DNA of 57,493 bases, the filler included, from Dugesia japonica (Eukaryota): assembly GCA_001938525.1 (NCBI GenBank). It is 4 parts of 4 records of this genome, joined end to end, with 100 filler letters (N's around TTAATTAATTAA, not from the genome) between each part and the next. Parts side by side here need not be neighbours in the genome. Positions count along the whole stretch, not along the records: positions 30,234 to 39,246 come from MQRL01623176.1; positions 39,347 to 57,493 come from MQRL01632208.1; 2 more parts are not named here. One strand, given 5' to 3'. Every line of letters begins with the position of its first letter. Within the stretch, counting starts at the first letter, position 1. The translations under genes and the position numbers were made by a program. Positions 36,200-49,180 of this stretch are shown in pieces. The notes below the pieces were generated by a model. That model did not search any database, had not been told where the DNA came from, and worked only from the letters and a program-made list of their open reading frames with translations.

Positions 36200-38030
36200 A
36201 GACTTAAGCAGAAGGCATCAAGCAACTAATATGATTCAATTGGCAGATTCTATGCACACATACTAATAGTATGACTCTCAATTTGTCAAGCCTGCTAATC
36301 CTACGGGAATTCGCAATTTAGGCAATGAATACTGATTTTTTTGCTTTTTATATTGTACAAAACTCATTAGTTATTTATACTCCATGATGTTTTTGGTCTC
36401 AAAGATTACTGCCAATACTGAGCAAGTAGATTTTAGCCGATCAGGGAGTGTTAAAGGAATTATTTTATCATCGAAATCACTAGGATTATTTACATTTCGA
36501 ATCAACTGAAGTGAGTGGTAATTTATTAGCTTTTCTCAATAAATAGTTGGAATTTTATTTTCCTTTTTGATTATCTTATTATGAAATTTTTGTCTGGTTG
36601 TTTGTTATAAAATTATTGAAGGGATTTAAACCTTATTCCAATTCCATATTCCATAAAAAGGAAAACATTGTTAAGCATAACGTAATTTAGGTTTACTATA
36701 TTTACAAATTAACGTCTTATTGACTTTAAATAATGGTAAAGCGGATCTATAAAAAAATTTATTTAATAACGAATGGTTTCAAAGAATTTTTCATTTAATT
36801 TTAATCAAATTCACAGTGATCAATAATTTATCTGTTATGATTTAATATATTTAGCAAAAAAAAATAACAAATTAAGATTTTCTTTAACATGGATTAATTT
36901 ATTAGGATAAATAATATTCAAAGTTTCTTAATAATACAACTTTTAACATAATCAAAATAATACTTTGCTTTTTAATATTAAACTGTAGAATTTCTGCAAA
37001 CGGTTCTCGCAAAGGATCTGGCTATCGTTAGGCGTAATACTTGGTTAAAGAATGGATTTCTTCAGCGGCTATTTTCTTTCTTGGAAACAAAATTAATCGG
37101 GACCAAATTAATTATAATTTACTCGATGGTGCTCCGGTAGGATTGAATTCCTTTGGGTAGATGTTAATTATTCGAGAGTTGATCAGTGAGTTTTTTCCGA
37201 TAAATGTTCTGATATAAGAGCGCTTATCGTATTGACACACTAAAGTACAATTAAAAATTTTTGTAGTTGTTTTTGTTTCTAAATTCAGGGGTCCTTTTAT
37301 AGGATTTTCTTTACACCCCAACTTCTTCCAGATTTGTTGGTTATTTTTAGATTGCATTTTCTATTTTTTTATTGGTTCCAGTGCCAATTCTCTAAAATTT
37401 TCTTCGAGTTTTGGTGCCGCAATTGGCAGTTATTTTTAGCGTGACACATGACAATTGTGTCTTTGTTTTAATTATAATTTCAGGTTCGTCATTGGCTCAA
37501 GCTTCAAACCCTTGCTGAAGTTCTCCAAATGATGTTAGAGATTTGTTATACCCAAATTCCGATGCGTTAGCCGAAACTCTGTTAGGATTTTCTTGAGCCC
37601 TCCTTGTATGTTTACCCGGAGTGAAGTTATCGGCATAAATTGAATTTTGCTCCAAATTTAATTAATTTTTTCGTTTAAATTAATTGATATTTTTGTTGTA
37701 ATTATTTCTTCTTTTGTTAAACATTTTCTTTATTAATTTTATTAGTTCTTTCGATTATTATAATTAATCCCATTTAATTTAATTATCTGAGTCTTTCCAT
37801 TTTCGTTTATTAATATGATCCTGATTCTTCTTGCTTGATTTTCCATACTTGCTCTTCTTAATATTTTCTTTTCCGCAATATTATTTCTAGTTTGATAGTG
37901 AATGATTTATGACCCCACTTTGACTTTATTTTTCATTCCACTGGGTGTTTCATCCCAAACAAATCGCTCTCCATCTTGTTTAAATTCCGTCCCGGAATTT
38001 GCCATAACTCATCCCCGTTGCAGAAAATCC
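36200..38030 (-). mobile_element. Decayed non-LTR retrotransposon fragments (Lys-rich N-terminus, degenerate zinc finger, RT thumb)
   Basis: SALPLFK...KPKLRY and KLRIPVGLAGL resemble post-RT motifs; CTLVC..RTFIG..SL is a degenerate C2H2. Confidence 0.35.
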
Positions 38031-38637
38031 TTCAACTCTAATAAAATTAACAGACAAGGCAAAACTTAAGGTCATTACAGGTTATCCCATAATGCATACA
38101 TAAAAATTGTTCTACAATATACATTTAAAACAGTATACATTGATACATTCAAAGTTCGTTAATTCCGTTAATTCATTGAATCATTTAGTTATTATTTACA
38201 GTTTATCTACATCTAGCCTAGATCGTTCTAGTCGACTTCATCTACTAGGTTGTTCTGGTTGTTCGTTTGTATATCAGAGCCATATTTTCGTAGTATTTTG
38301 GTTACGATTGATTGGGATAGGTTTCTTTTAAATTGATTGTGGTCGAGTATTGAGGTTTTACTGGGTATCCAACTGGATATATCAGAACCGAGAAGAATGC
38401 TTTGAAGTTTTTGAATTACCAATGGTACCGGTTTTCTAGGTTGGGTTGGAATTGTGGAGGATGCTGGAGTTATTTAGGAANNNNNNNNNNNNNNNNNNNN
38501 NNNNNNNNNNNNNNNNNNNNNNNNNNNNNNNNNNNNNNNNNNNNNNNNNNNNNNNNNNNNNNNNNNNNNNNNNNNNNNNNNNNNNNNNNNNNNNNNNNNN
38601 NNNNNNNNNNNNNNNNNNNNNNNNNNNNNNNNNNNNN

Positions 38638-39246
38638 GTAAATAGGCGGCGAACAAATTTTGCACACAAATTATGTCATGAGATTAATTTCATCGGTGAA
38701 ATTTTATGTAAGTGGATTAACTGTTTTTAAATTTTTCTAATGTATTTAGTTGGGAATATTTTTTAGGCTTTTTAAACGGTAATATTTTTCAGGCTTTTTA
38801 GTTGGGAATTTATTCGGTGACGTCAAATAAGGTCTATTTTTATTGGTTTTAAGTGGTTTTTTTCAATAATTTATTCGGTGAGGATGAATAAGGTCTACGT
38901 TTGGATGGTTCAGATGAATTTGGTTACTTATTTCCTCGGGATTGGTTGGTTTGGGTAATTTTTGGGCGTTTTGGTCAAATTTATCCTCGGCATTGATGAT
39001 TTTTGGGTGATTTAGGTAAAATTGGTCCAAAATTTCCTCGCTGAGGTTGAATGAGGTCAATTTTTGACTGGTTCAGGTAAAATTAATTGAATAATTCATC
39101 GTGTTTAAGAAGTTTGGGTAAATTTGGTTGGATTTAGGTAATTTTTGACTAGTTTAGGTGAACTAGGTCTAATTTTTCTCGGGATTGGTAATTTTTTGGT
39201 TGATTTAGATGAATTTGGGTAATTTTTGGGCGTTTTGGTCGAATAT
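38638..39246 (+). repeat. Subterminal repeat of the Polinton-like family with degenerate tandem units
   Basis: ttttgcacacaaattatgtcat..attaatttc shared with ~15490; recurring ggtaattttgggcgttttggtc and gatttagg units. Confidence 0.55.
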
Positions 39247-39349
39247 NNNNNNNNNNNNNNNNNNNNNNNNNNNNNNNNNNNNNNNNNNNNTTAATTAATT
39301 AANNNNNNNNNNNNNNNNNNNNNNNNNNNNNNNNNNNNNNNNNNNNTTG

Positions 39350-40800
39350 AAATCTTCCACATCCAACCATCTGGCTCTACTCACATTGAATCTCTTCAAG
39401 AGTGCCAGCCTGTCCGTTGTGGAAACTCCAATTCATACTCGACCAGGCTATAAATTTCATGGTCGAGAGAATAGCAAGGTTTGTAATCACATTATCGTGT
39501 AACCCAACCTGTTTAAGCACTGGTTCATTTTCAACATACCATGATTCCAGAAACCTTACTGGGATCGTCTCAAGGATTACTTTCCATTTTGGAAGGTTTT
39601 TCTGAATTTCCTCCTTTAGTGGTGTGTATTTATTTATGTTCAAGTCCCTCGCTAATTTTAGATTACTGAATGTGTCGTAAGGGGTTTTCACATCCAGTAG
39701 GAAAACATGCTTCTTCCTAACATTAATATAAATATAATAAACATTATAATAAAGATAAAATTTATTGAATTAAAAACAAATTTATGTAATGCAAAATTAT
39801 CTATCGCAAAAATACGATTTATATTTTTAAAATATTTTGTTAGAAATTTGCAATATACTATGCAATTTTTTTTAAAAACCAAATTTATTTTATNCTTAAA
39901 ATAATATTTTGAAATCTCATTAGTGATAAAGTATGGATGTAAATTTGATTAATATTTAGTTGGCTGGCTTTCTTAATTTGACATAATTTAACTTCCATTT
40001 ATTACCATTCTAGGTATTTCTGATTATTCGTATTATTACTTTATTTTTCTAGCAATTTTGGAATATCGTGACTCAATCTAAGATCCATTTCGATGATATT
40101 TTAAGATATCTGGATTATTTTCTGATAATTTAACCAACTATCTTATTAATATTTACTATATTTCAAATATTTATTGAAAGTGATTATGATTTTCCATATT
40201 CCCTAAATTTAATCACTATTTCGTTTATTATCTAAACAATTCTTTCAGTTTTCNNNNNNNNNNNNNNNNNNNNNNNNNNNNNNNNNNNNNNNNNNNATTT
40301 TCTAAATTATATTTTATTTTGGAATTTGAAATTTTTAATATGAATATTACAAGTCATAAAAAATTAAAAATATTAATGATTGATTATAGTAAATTTTTAA
40401 TGATTTTACTAAAGAAAAAGAAGTGAAATTCTTCAAGTTATGAACGTTATGATAACAAAGTCTATCTGCTAGGAAATGTAAAGAAAACCTGTCTTCAAAG
40501 GCTTACACTCGACAATTAGATAGGTGAATAAGCAATTGGTTGATAAATCTTCATATTACGCATGACAATTCCAAGCCTCAAATGTCATTAAATACCGGAG
40601 AAACCTTAATGTGATTAAAATCGGATGCTCAATCATACGAGGCATATTTTGTAAATAGAGCTTCAGATTTTCACTTATTTTGATATATACAACACAGTCT
40701 TTCTGAAACATGATTTACAATGTTTAAGAAGTGCAGAAATTCATTGATAACTTCATTCACTCTTAGCTCACATACTTCTTTCTTCAGGTTTATCTATATT
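39350..40800 (-). mobile_element. RLE-type (R2/NeSL-like) non-LTR retrotransposon remnant
   Basis: HVFLLDVKTPYDTFSNLKLARDLNINKYTPL...ETIPVRFLESWYVENEPVLKQVGL matches the restriction-like endonuclease pattern (DV..P.D, R..K..KY..L, VG.LGSW...N); RT-like debris upstream. Confidence 0.7.
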
Positions 40801-41119
40801 TTAAAGAAAGAAATATAGTAAACGATTTCACTATTGTGAAAAATTATTCTATAAAATGCACTGTTTTTTTATTTTATACCAATTAAAACATTTCTCTGAA
40901 AACAATGAAGACCTATACATACCCTTGATGTTTAAATTATTATAACTTAGTGTATCAATAAAATAGTTTTGTGATATTTTNNNNNNNNNNNNNNNNNNNN
41001 NNNNNNNNNNNNNNNNNNNNNNNNNNNNNNAAAATATATCCATTAAAAACTTCAAAGAGGAGAGTCTTTGCGATATTTACATTTTTTTCTTTACAAAATG
41101 ATTAAAACAGAACTTTTTT

Positions 41120-41830
41120 CAAAAACATATTAGCTAGTTAATTTTCTTTAAAAAACATATTAGTCATGTAATTTTTCTATAAAAAACATATTACTAGTGA
41201 CAATTGTCTATAAAAAATCTCATTAGTGATGCAATTTTTAATAAAAAAATCTCATTAATGATACAATTTTAATAAAAGAATCTCATTAATGATACAAATT
41301 TTAATAAAAACATCTAAATAAAAATATATGCAATATTTTCTATAAAAAACATATTAAAATGAGAACATTTCTTTGAGAAAAATGATAAAAAACATAGAAC
41401 GTTTTCCAAAAAAATCATAAATTCATGGAACCTTTCCATATATAACTAATAGATCTATATAAAAAACTTATTAGGAAATATTTTTATGAGAGTATAGGGT
41501 TTATGAGTACATTACTTGCATAGTTACCCTGTTTTATATGGTATTTGAATATATTATTTACATAATCACATTGTATTATTTACATAGCAACTATGTATTG
41601 TAAGGATTATGAATGTATTATTACATAATAACCATGTCTTATAGGGTTTATGAGTACATTATTTGCATAGTTACTATGTATTATTTACATAGCAACCATG
41701 TAATATAGTGATTATAAGTGTATTATAGGGTTTATGAGTATAGAACTTGTATTATTATAGCAACTGTGTGATATATTGCTTATGCGAGTAATATTTATAT
41801 AGTAACCCTATCAGGATTTTGAGTATATTA
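41120..41830. repeat. Two adjacent minisatellites (~31-bp and ~40-50-bp units)
   Basis: About six copies of aaaaa(ca/tc)tattaNtNat.caatttt; several copies of tatagggtttatgagtacatta.ttgcatagttac. Confidence 0.75.
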
Positions 41831-42129
41831 ACCGTGTAATAAGAGATCCCCTAACAAAATGCATGTTCATGAAATTAAAACCTTATTTATTTAATAACTA
41901 TATAAAAAAGAAAACAATTTTTCAATAAAACATTTATTAATATAACATTTATTAATTAAACATTTTTTTCTCATATTCTTCAGTCATCTTCAAAATCTTT
42001 TCTTTTAAAATCTCATAATGGTTCTTGTTTTCATTAATAAGGAAATCCGATTGAAGTTCTCTGATGAAATTGTTCATAACTTGAAACATATCTGCTCCAT
42101 CTCACCCATAAATATAAAGTCTGCTCAAA

Positions 42130-42580
42130 AAAAAATATAAATTTTCCATGCAAAAATAAATTTATGAATTTCCCGCCAAAAAATAACAAGACTCCCCTCT
42201 TCCATGTTCAAAGAATATGAAAACACACACTTCTCAGTCAAAAATACTCAAAAAATACGAATAAATGCCATTACTTTCAATGAATTCATCAATTTAAGCA
42301 AATTACAGCCTTTTTTTACCGAAATAAAGATTTCAAAAGATTATGACGTCATACACTCCCAACATAAAAATTTCAAATAATTATTAAAAGATCTGATAAT
42401 TTCAATACAAATAAAAATTTGATCTAATCAAAAAAGCTTTGATCCCAAAAATCTTAAGAAAAAAAAATAAACAAAAAATCATAGCACAATCGTAATGTGT
42501 TTCCAAGCCCCCCTGGGGGAGGGGGGTCCACCAAATTGTGCTAGTGCACAATTGTGCCGTGGGGCCACTATCTACCTACT
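42130..42580 (-). mobile_element. Polinton-like terminus
   Basis: rc begins AGTAGGTAGATAGTGGCCCCACGGCAC; homologous to 1-244; internal hairpin aattgtgc..gcacaatt. Confidence 0.55.
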
Positions 42581-43110
42581 CAAAAGAAAGGAGATTATAT
42601 TTTAAATGTTGATGCTATGTCGACGAGTAATTGCGAAACATGTATTTAATGTCTAATGAATCATAAGAAGTAAAAATGAAAGACATTCTTAAGCGTAAAA
42701 GAATTATAGACAATTTAAATAACTATAAAAATTCCAAATATTTAGAAATGAATAATATAATTAGAAAATGTAATATTGGTGACCAAGTTTTAATTAAATG
42801 AAAATGTCTGCAAAAAATGAAAACAAATATGAAAGACCAGCAATAATTATAGAGAAAATACATTACAGAAGTTTTAAAGTAGAACTCATTAATGGTAAAA
42901 ATAATANTAAGAAATATTGAATGGTTAAAACACTTTAAAAGGGAGGAATGTGAGATATGACTAAGAATTGTAAATTTTTCTGTATTGACCTTTGAAAGAG
43001 CAACGTGACACGTGTAAATATCTGTATATATTTGTTACATTTTGTATAATAAATATATTTTATGCTTAATTCGATTTACAAGTATAGCGTTTATTATTAT
43101 TATAATTATT
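42581..43110 (+). mobile_element. Gypsy pol end, PPT and start of 3' LTR
   Basis: NVDAMST..CETC; IGDQVLIK..IIEKIHYRSFKV..RNIEWLKHF; AAAAGGGAGGAA followed by TGT at 42949. Confidence 0.75.
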
Positions 43111-45579
43111 AATATTGGGATGTGAGTGGTTGTATTTTAGGTTTGCGGTTGGTCTAGCAGTAATCAAACGTACCCATCAATGATATACCCAACAGTCGTT
43201 AAACAGCTTTTATAGACAGCATCGGTGTCTCCTCAAGAGAGTGCATGCGCTCACTAATTTTATTTGGATTCTTTTTATTGCTAGTGATAAAAGTTCTAGA
43301 TTGATCGTGACGTTCTTTTATTCCGCTCATAAAGAAATCAACACGAGATTTTTCATAAAATTGTTTATTGACCATATATGGTTTAATCATATAGTATTAA
43401 TTATTGATAGTTCCGTTCATCTTGAATGATGGAGCACTTCTCGTTTAGGGTTTTCCCATATACCATCGTTGAACAAACCGGTAATTTATTGCTGTATTTT
43501 CATTGGCTGTCATAACATTTGGATCAACTTGTCTCTGGGTTCATCTGGACTTCTAATGTAATTTATATTAAAATTTTATACCATTCGCTTTAATAAATAT
43601 TTAGGTCTATTTGGGCTCATTACATTTTATTGTAATAACGTCTGAAACAACTCAGCCTTCATCTCATTAGCTTTAATAATAGTTACATCATTTTTGGCTT
43701 TTCACACAATTGACCTTACATATTTCATTTCATTACCTGTACTAGGAATAGCATCGGCTTGGTCTTAGTATTGAACGTTTTCATTGAATTGATAGTAATA
43801 TTAACCTGACCAAATGTATTGAATTACCTGGAATTTTGTTAAAACTACAATATTAATAACGTCTAATTGCATGAATTGATTTCAATTTACTGACTTCAAG
43901 AGTAACAACATTTTATCGCATAATATGAAATATTTTCTATTTATTAACTGTTATAGTAGGATCATCTTCTTGAATTGGATGGAATATTTTGGGTTAATTA
44001 ATATGATAGTAATATCATTTCATAAAATTTAGCTACAATAATGTCTTTCTTTTACCGCGATCACAAAACTAAATTTTAAAATTAACAAAATTTATTTAAT
44101 TTACTAAAACAAAATGACCGATAAAATGGCGACTTCCTTGTTGACTGGAATTAAACAATTTCTGAATTGGTTGGGAAAATCTGCTCGATGAAATATAGTT
44201 TCTGATTTTTTTCCTATTTAGTAATTGTGATTAAAATTTCTAGATTGTATTCTGATTTCCTTATCTTTTAATTTGGTGTAGATTTATTTTCGATACGATT
44301 GGCATCTGAATTTTTTCGATTTGTTAGAATTTAGAAATTTCTAATGATGATATCTTCAGAATTAAAATGTGAAATGATGACGATGTGACCGCAATTTTAA
44401 TTTTCTATGTAGATTTCTACAAACCACTTTTATTCAATTTTTCAGGGGTAATTATACTATTCTTTTTATGCTTTTAATTGGCTGGAAGAAATTTAAAATT
44501 AATTCCATTTTAAATAAATTATTTGTATTTATTGCAATTCATTTTTATTATTCCAAAATCTATTGATTTAATTATTAATAATTTAATAAATATTTAATAA
44601 TTAGAGTATTATTTCATTGGTTGTAAATCATCTGTATTAATTGAAATTGATTTATTTTTAATATATTTTATTCATTTATTATCTATTTTATTTAAATATA
44701 ATTTGTTTATATTTTTATTGCAATTTATTTCCAGTTCGTATTTTATTTTTATTGAATATTATACTACAATTTTCCGATGATTTTATTCCTATTACTTTTT
44801 CAATTGTTATTTTTGGTTGGTTATTTAGTTTGTTATTTTATCCCAACAGATCACTCTCCTTTAGTGAAAGATTCCGCAGCAATATCAGATTTCAATGTTT
44901 ATACAATTATTTTTCAGTAATAATAACATTCAAATTTTAATCTAAATTTATTTTTAACAAATTAAGGCCTAAATAATCCTCCTATCATGGTTATATATCC
45001 TTCTGCTTGATTTTTCTTTCTATTTCCATGTTAGCTCAAATCCCGTTTCTTGTACTTTTGTTGGATTCTTAGAATTATTTGCTCTGCTTTGTTCTTCAAC
45101 CTNNNNNNNNNNNNNNNNNNNNNNNNNNNNNNNNNNNNNNNNNNNNNNNNNNNNNNNNNNNNNNNNNNNNNNNNNNNNNNNNNNNNNNNNNNNNNNNNNN
45201 NNNNNNNNNNNNNNNNNNNNNNNNNNNNNNNNNTTTTTGCCCTAGCTGCTCGTTGCTTTTTAATAACGGAAATGGGTTTTCCTGTAAAAAATTTGTTTTC
45301 TTATTTTTTTTGAATTCTTTCATCTAGGTTTGTGGTCGAATTTTAACTATCTGTCTTTTTTAAGTTGATCCTACTTGATGTTCTTGATCATCTTGTTGCT
45401 GTTCTTTCGTTTCCGCTTATCCTTGTATTGGGAACTCGGTCCCCAATGCTCTGGTCTTGTTGTTACTATTTGCTCACTTTTAACTGTTTTTGCTCTTGCA
45501 GATGTTTTCTGTGTTCTTGTTCTGATCATGTCTATACGTACTAGTCTATCTGATCTATCCTTCGCATAAAATGTGCGCG

Positions 45580-46080
45580 GATCTTCATCTACAGCCCTAC
45601 ATTATTTAGTGTTAGTAATGTTTTTTCGTTTTTGTACTTGCTAATATTTCAAAGTGTACACGTACTTTTCAATTTGTTAAATATAATATTTGGTGAAATT
45701 ATCCACATTATTATGGTAAAGTAAAGATTAATAAATTTAACAAATAATTTTCGTAAACTTTCATCATAGTTATAAGAATCATTAAGCATCTCTAAATGTT
45801 TTCTAGAACCTTTATGAACAAAAGCTCAAATAAATATATCTCTTTGATTTGGATTGCAGAATTAGTCGAATAGGTTCACTTGTATTGAGTGTGGTCGCCA
45901 TATTAGTATCCAGTACTAATAATATATCAATAAAATTATATTACAAATAAAAGTATCAATATACCAATTACAAAGTTAAATATGGGGCATCTAAGTGATA
46001 CAATGGTTCGAGATATATATTACATCATTCATTCACAATTAAACACGGGTCACGTCAGTCACAACCAAAATAAGGTTAAA
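45580..46080 (-). mobile_element. Gypsy 5' LTR, PBS and gag remnant
   Basis: rc TGGCGACC PBS at 45893-45900 next to a short LTR-like stretch. Confidence 0.5.
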
Positions 46081-46149
46081 TAAATCTTTAATAAATAAAT
46101 AAATAAATAAATCTTTAACAAATTGCACCACAATCATTATTGTATATTA

Positions 46150-46216
<67 letters not shown>

Positions 46217-46294
46217 NNNNNNNNNNNNNNNNNNNNNNNNNNNNNNNNNNNNNNNNNNNNNNNNNNNNNNNNNNNNNNNNNNNNNNNNNNNNNN

Positions 46295-46353
<59 letters not shown>

Positions 46354-46360
46354 GTTATTA
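46150..46360. repeat. (ATT)n microsatellite; others near 17135, 24342, 28264, 49138, 54409; (TA)n near 49040
   Basis: Directly visible; most flank N gaps. Confidence 0.95.
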
Positions 46361-46519
46361 TTGTGAGGATATTTTAAATTTATTATAAATGATTATTAAA
46401 ACTGTATGTTGCATAATTAATATTTGACTTTGAGTTCAAATATTTAGTATATTGCATAACGGGTCAATGTTTTTTTGCTGATTGAGGTATGTTGATTGCT
46501 CAAATCATAATTACGTTTG

Positions 46520-49034
46520 TATTTATTACACCTTTTTTAGAATTTCATTAATAAATATTATGGTAATTAAACAGAATGCTAACATGGCAACAACCCAAGA
46601 AAATATGCTCAATTCGATTGGAAGAATCTTTAATTGGGATGTCCAGATTTTAAGAGCTAACAATGACTCAAGGTCCTATTCAAAGAACGTTTTTTAAGGC
46701 ATTTCTTTCTATAGATGTTGTGAAATGATATGAATCCATAGATGATTTAATTGAGAATTATGCCAAAAGATGCAGAAAAGCTTTTAAAGAATCTGCATTT
46801 ATCGGTAAAGATATTAGCTGTAATGAAATATTGCAAAGGATATGAATCCATAAAAATTAGTAAATAGCATAATCAGTATAAAAAAAGTCTCGTTAGTTTT
46901 CTCTGGCAAAATGTTGTTAAAGATATGGATGTTAAAAAAGAAATAAAAATTCTATGATCAAGAACAAATGAAGAAATAAAAGACTTTTACAAAAATGGTC
47001 GTTATCAAGAAAAAGCTTAGTCTAGAAGTCAATGTTGCAGCAGTTAAAATCGAAAAGTAGAATTACGCAACTACTGCTAAATTTAATGATTTGCAGCTAA
47101 ATCGTCCAGTCGCTTTTAAATGGAATAATTAATTGGAAAACAACCGAAGCCGATAATTTAAGTCTAGAAGATATGTTAATTCAAATGCACCCATTAATCA
47201 TTTTGACGGAAGAGGATTTAAGAGAACGCAAAATAATTTTTTACAAAGATCCAGACAATGTTAGGCATGCAACAAAAAGGACATGTTGAAGCTAGTTGCC
47301 CAAATGTAAAATATTTCAAGTGTAACAGACCGTGATATTTCAAACATAAATGCTTTTAGATTTTGGATATAAAAAGAGATTATCTTTACTTCAATTTTGG
47401 TGAATATGAAGAAAACTTAGATTATTTGATGACAGAACTATGACATATCAATTCCCAAAACAAAAGCCCGTCCTTAAGAAAAAGTTATCGGGGCAATTCT
47501 CTAAAAAATGTAAGTTTTGATTTGAACAATAATGGTAGTATTGATACTGATTGTAAATATGTGTATGATATTGGATTTCGTAAAAGTTATTTTTGTGAGG
47601 ATGTATTTTTGTATGATGATGTTATGCTTGATATAATAATTGATAATAAAAATAACTTTGTAAATAATAATAATAATTATAGTACTAATAATAGTTATGA
47701 CAATAATAATAATTTATCTATTATTAATAATTTTTTTAAAGAAATTTATGAAAACTCTAATACCGTAGATAGTCGTCCCATGATAAATTCAAAAATCAAT
47801 AATATTGTTACATTATGTTTACTTGATACTGGAGCTAAAATTAATGATATTAAATATGAATTATTAGAAAGAATATGAAATGTTTCAATAATTGATTCTG
47901 ATATAAATGTCAAATGTGCAAATAATGGTTCTTTAAAATTTGTAGAAAAAGTATATTTAGATATAAAGTTTAATAAAAAAATAGAGAATATCTGTTTTTA
48001 TGTTGCTAAAGAAATCTCACCAACTGTTATTTGTGGAATAAATTTATTGAATAAATTTAATATGACATTCACCATTAATGAAGAATCTGTTAATGTAATA
48101 AAACATTAGAAATTGAAAATATTAAAGATGAAAGGATATTGATGATTTTAAAATAAATGAGATATTTGAAAAACTAATATTATAAAACTAAAACATGAAG
48201 TAATAGCAAATAGAAACCAATTGCTATTTATTCTAGGCATCAGCCTTATCATTTAATAGATAGGGTTGAGCAAAATATTAAAGTAATGGAAATAAATGGA
48301 ATTACAATTAAATGTGACTCCCGTTGGAATGTTTCTTTACTTTGCGTAAAAAAACGAGACAATGAGGAAATAAAACTTTGATTAGATTATAGATTGTTAA
48401 ATTAAGTTACAGAAAGACCAATTTTTTCTATTACAAACACTGAGGAAATGATGGATATTTTAAATGGAGCCAAATATTTTACTAGGATAGATTTGGAAAT
48501 TTCTTATTATAAAGTAGAATTAACAGATGATTCAAAATGTAAAATTGCTTTTTCCACTAAAGTTGTACAATATATTTTTAATCGAATGCCTTTTAGAATT
48601 GCAGCTGCTCATGCTACTTTCAAAAATAGATATATAAGGTTTTAGGTTCCTTATATTGGAAAAAAGCAAGTGTTTACTTAAATGATATTTTATTTTTTTC
48701 CGAAACTATAAAATTACACCATAAAAAATTGATAATGTTTCGAAACGTAAAAATGAAGTGGGTTTAGAAATAAGTCCATCTAAATTTCATGATAAACGAG
48801 ATAAAATATCTGGGTCATATTCTTAGTTCAAAAGGAATTCATACTGATAATGCAAAGCTGAAGCAATTTTTAATTTTGAAACCCCAAATGTGTTAAAAAG
48901 TTGAGAAGTTTTTAGGCATTGAAAATTATTATAGGAAATTTTTTAAAGGATTATACAAACTATTGCAAATGTTTAGAAAATCTATGTGGTAGTAACCAGA
49001 AATAAATATACTGGAAAGATGAGTACAAAATTTC

Positions 49035-49035
<1 letters not shown>
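46520..49035 (+). mobile_element. Decayed Gypsy gag-pol
   Basis: Two CCHC knuckles (~47255-47355), protease LLDTGA, RT LDYRLLN, GAKYFTRIDL, FNRMPF, VYLNDIL, YLGH and LRSF.G..NYYRKF. Confidence 0.92.
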
Positions 49036-49075
<40 letters not shown>

Positions 49076-49135
49076 TTCCTTTTTAGATTTTCATTAATAA
49101 ATCTTATGGTAATTAAGCATACTTCTAACAATTAA

Positions 49136-49180
<45 letters not shown>

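Noticed and set aside
38863-39060. Repeat-containing protein ORF
   Set aside because: Translation of a degenerate tandem DNA repeat.
41120-41830. Possible CRISPR-like repeat-spacer array
   Set aside because: Units are contiguous and degenerate with no unique spacers; eukaryotic context and no cas genes.
43143-43200. GCGGTTGGTCTAGCAGT resembling a tRNA A-box
   Set aside because: No B-box (GTTCRA) and no cloverleaf.
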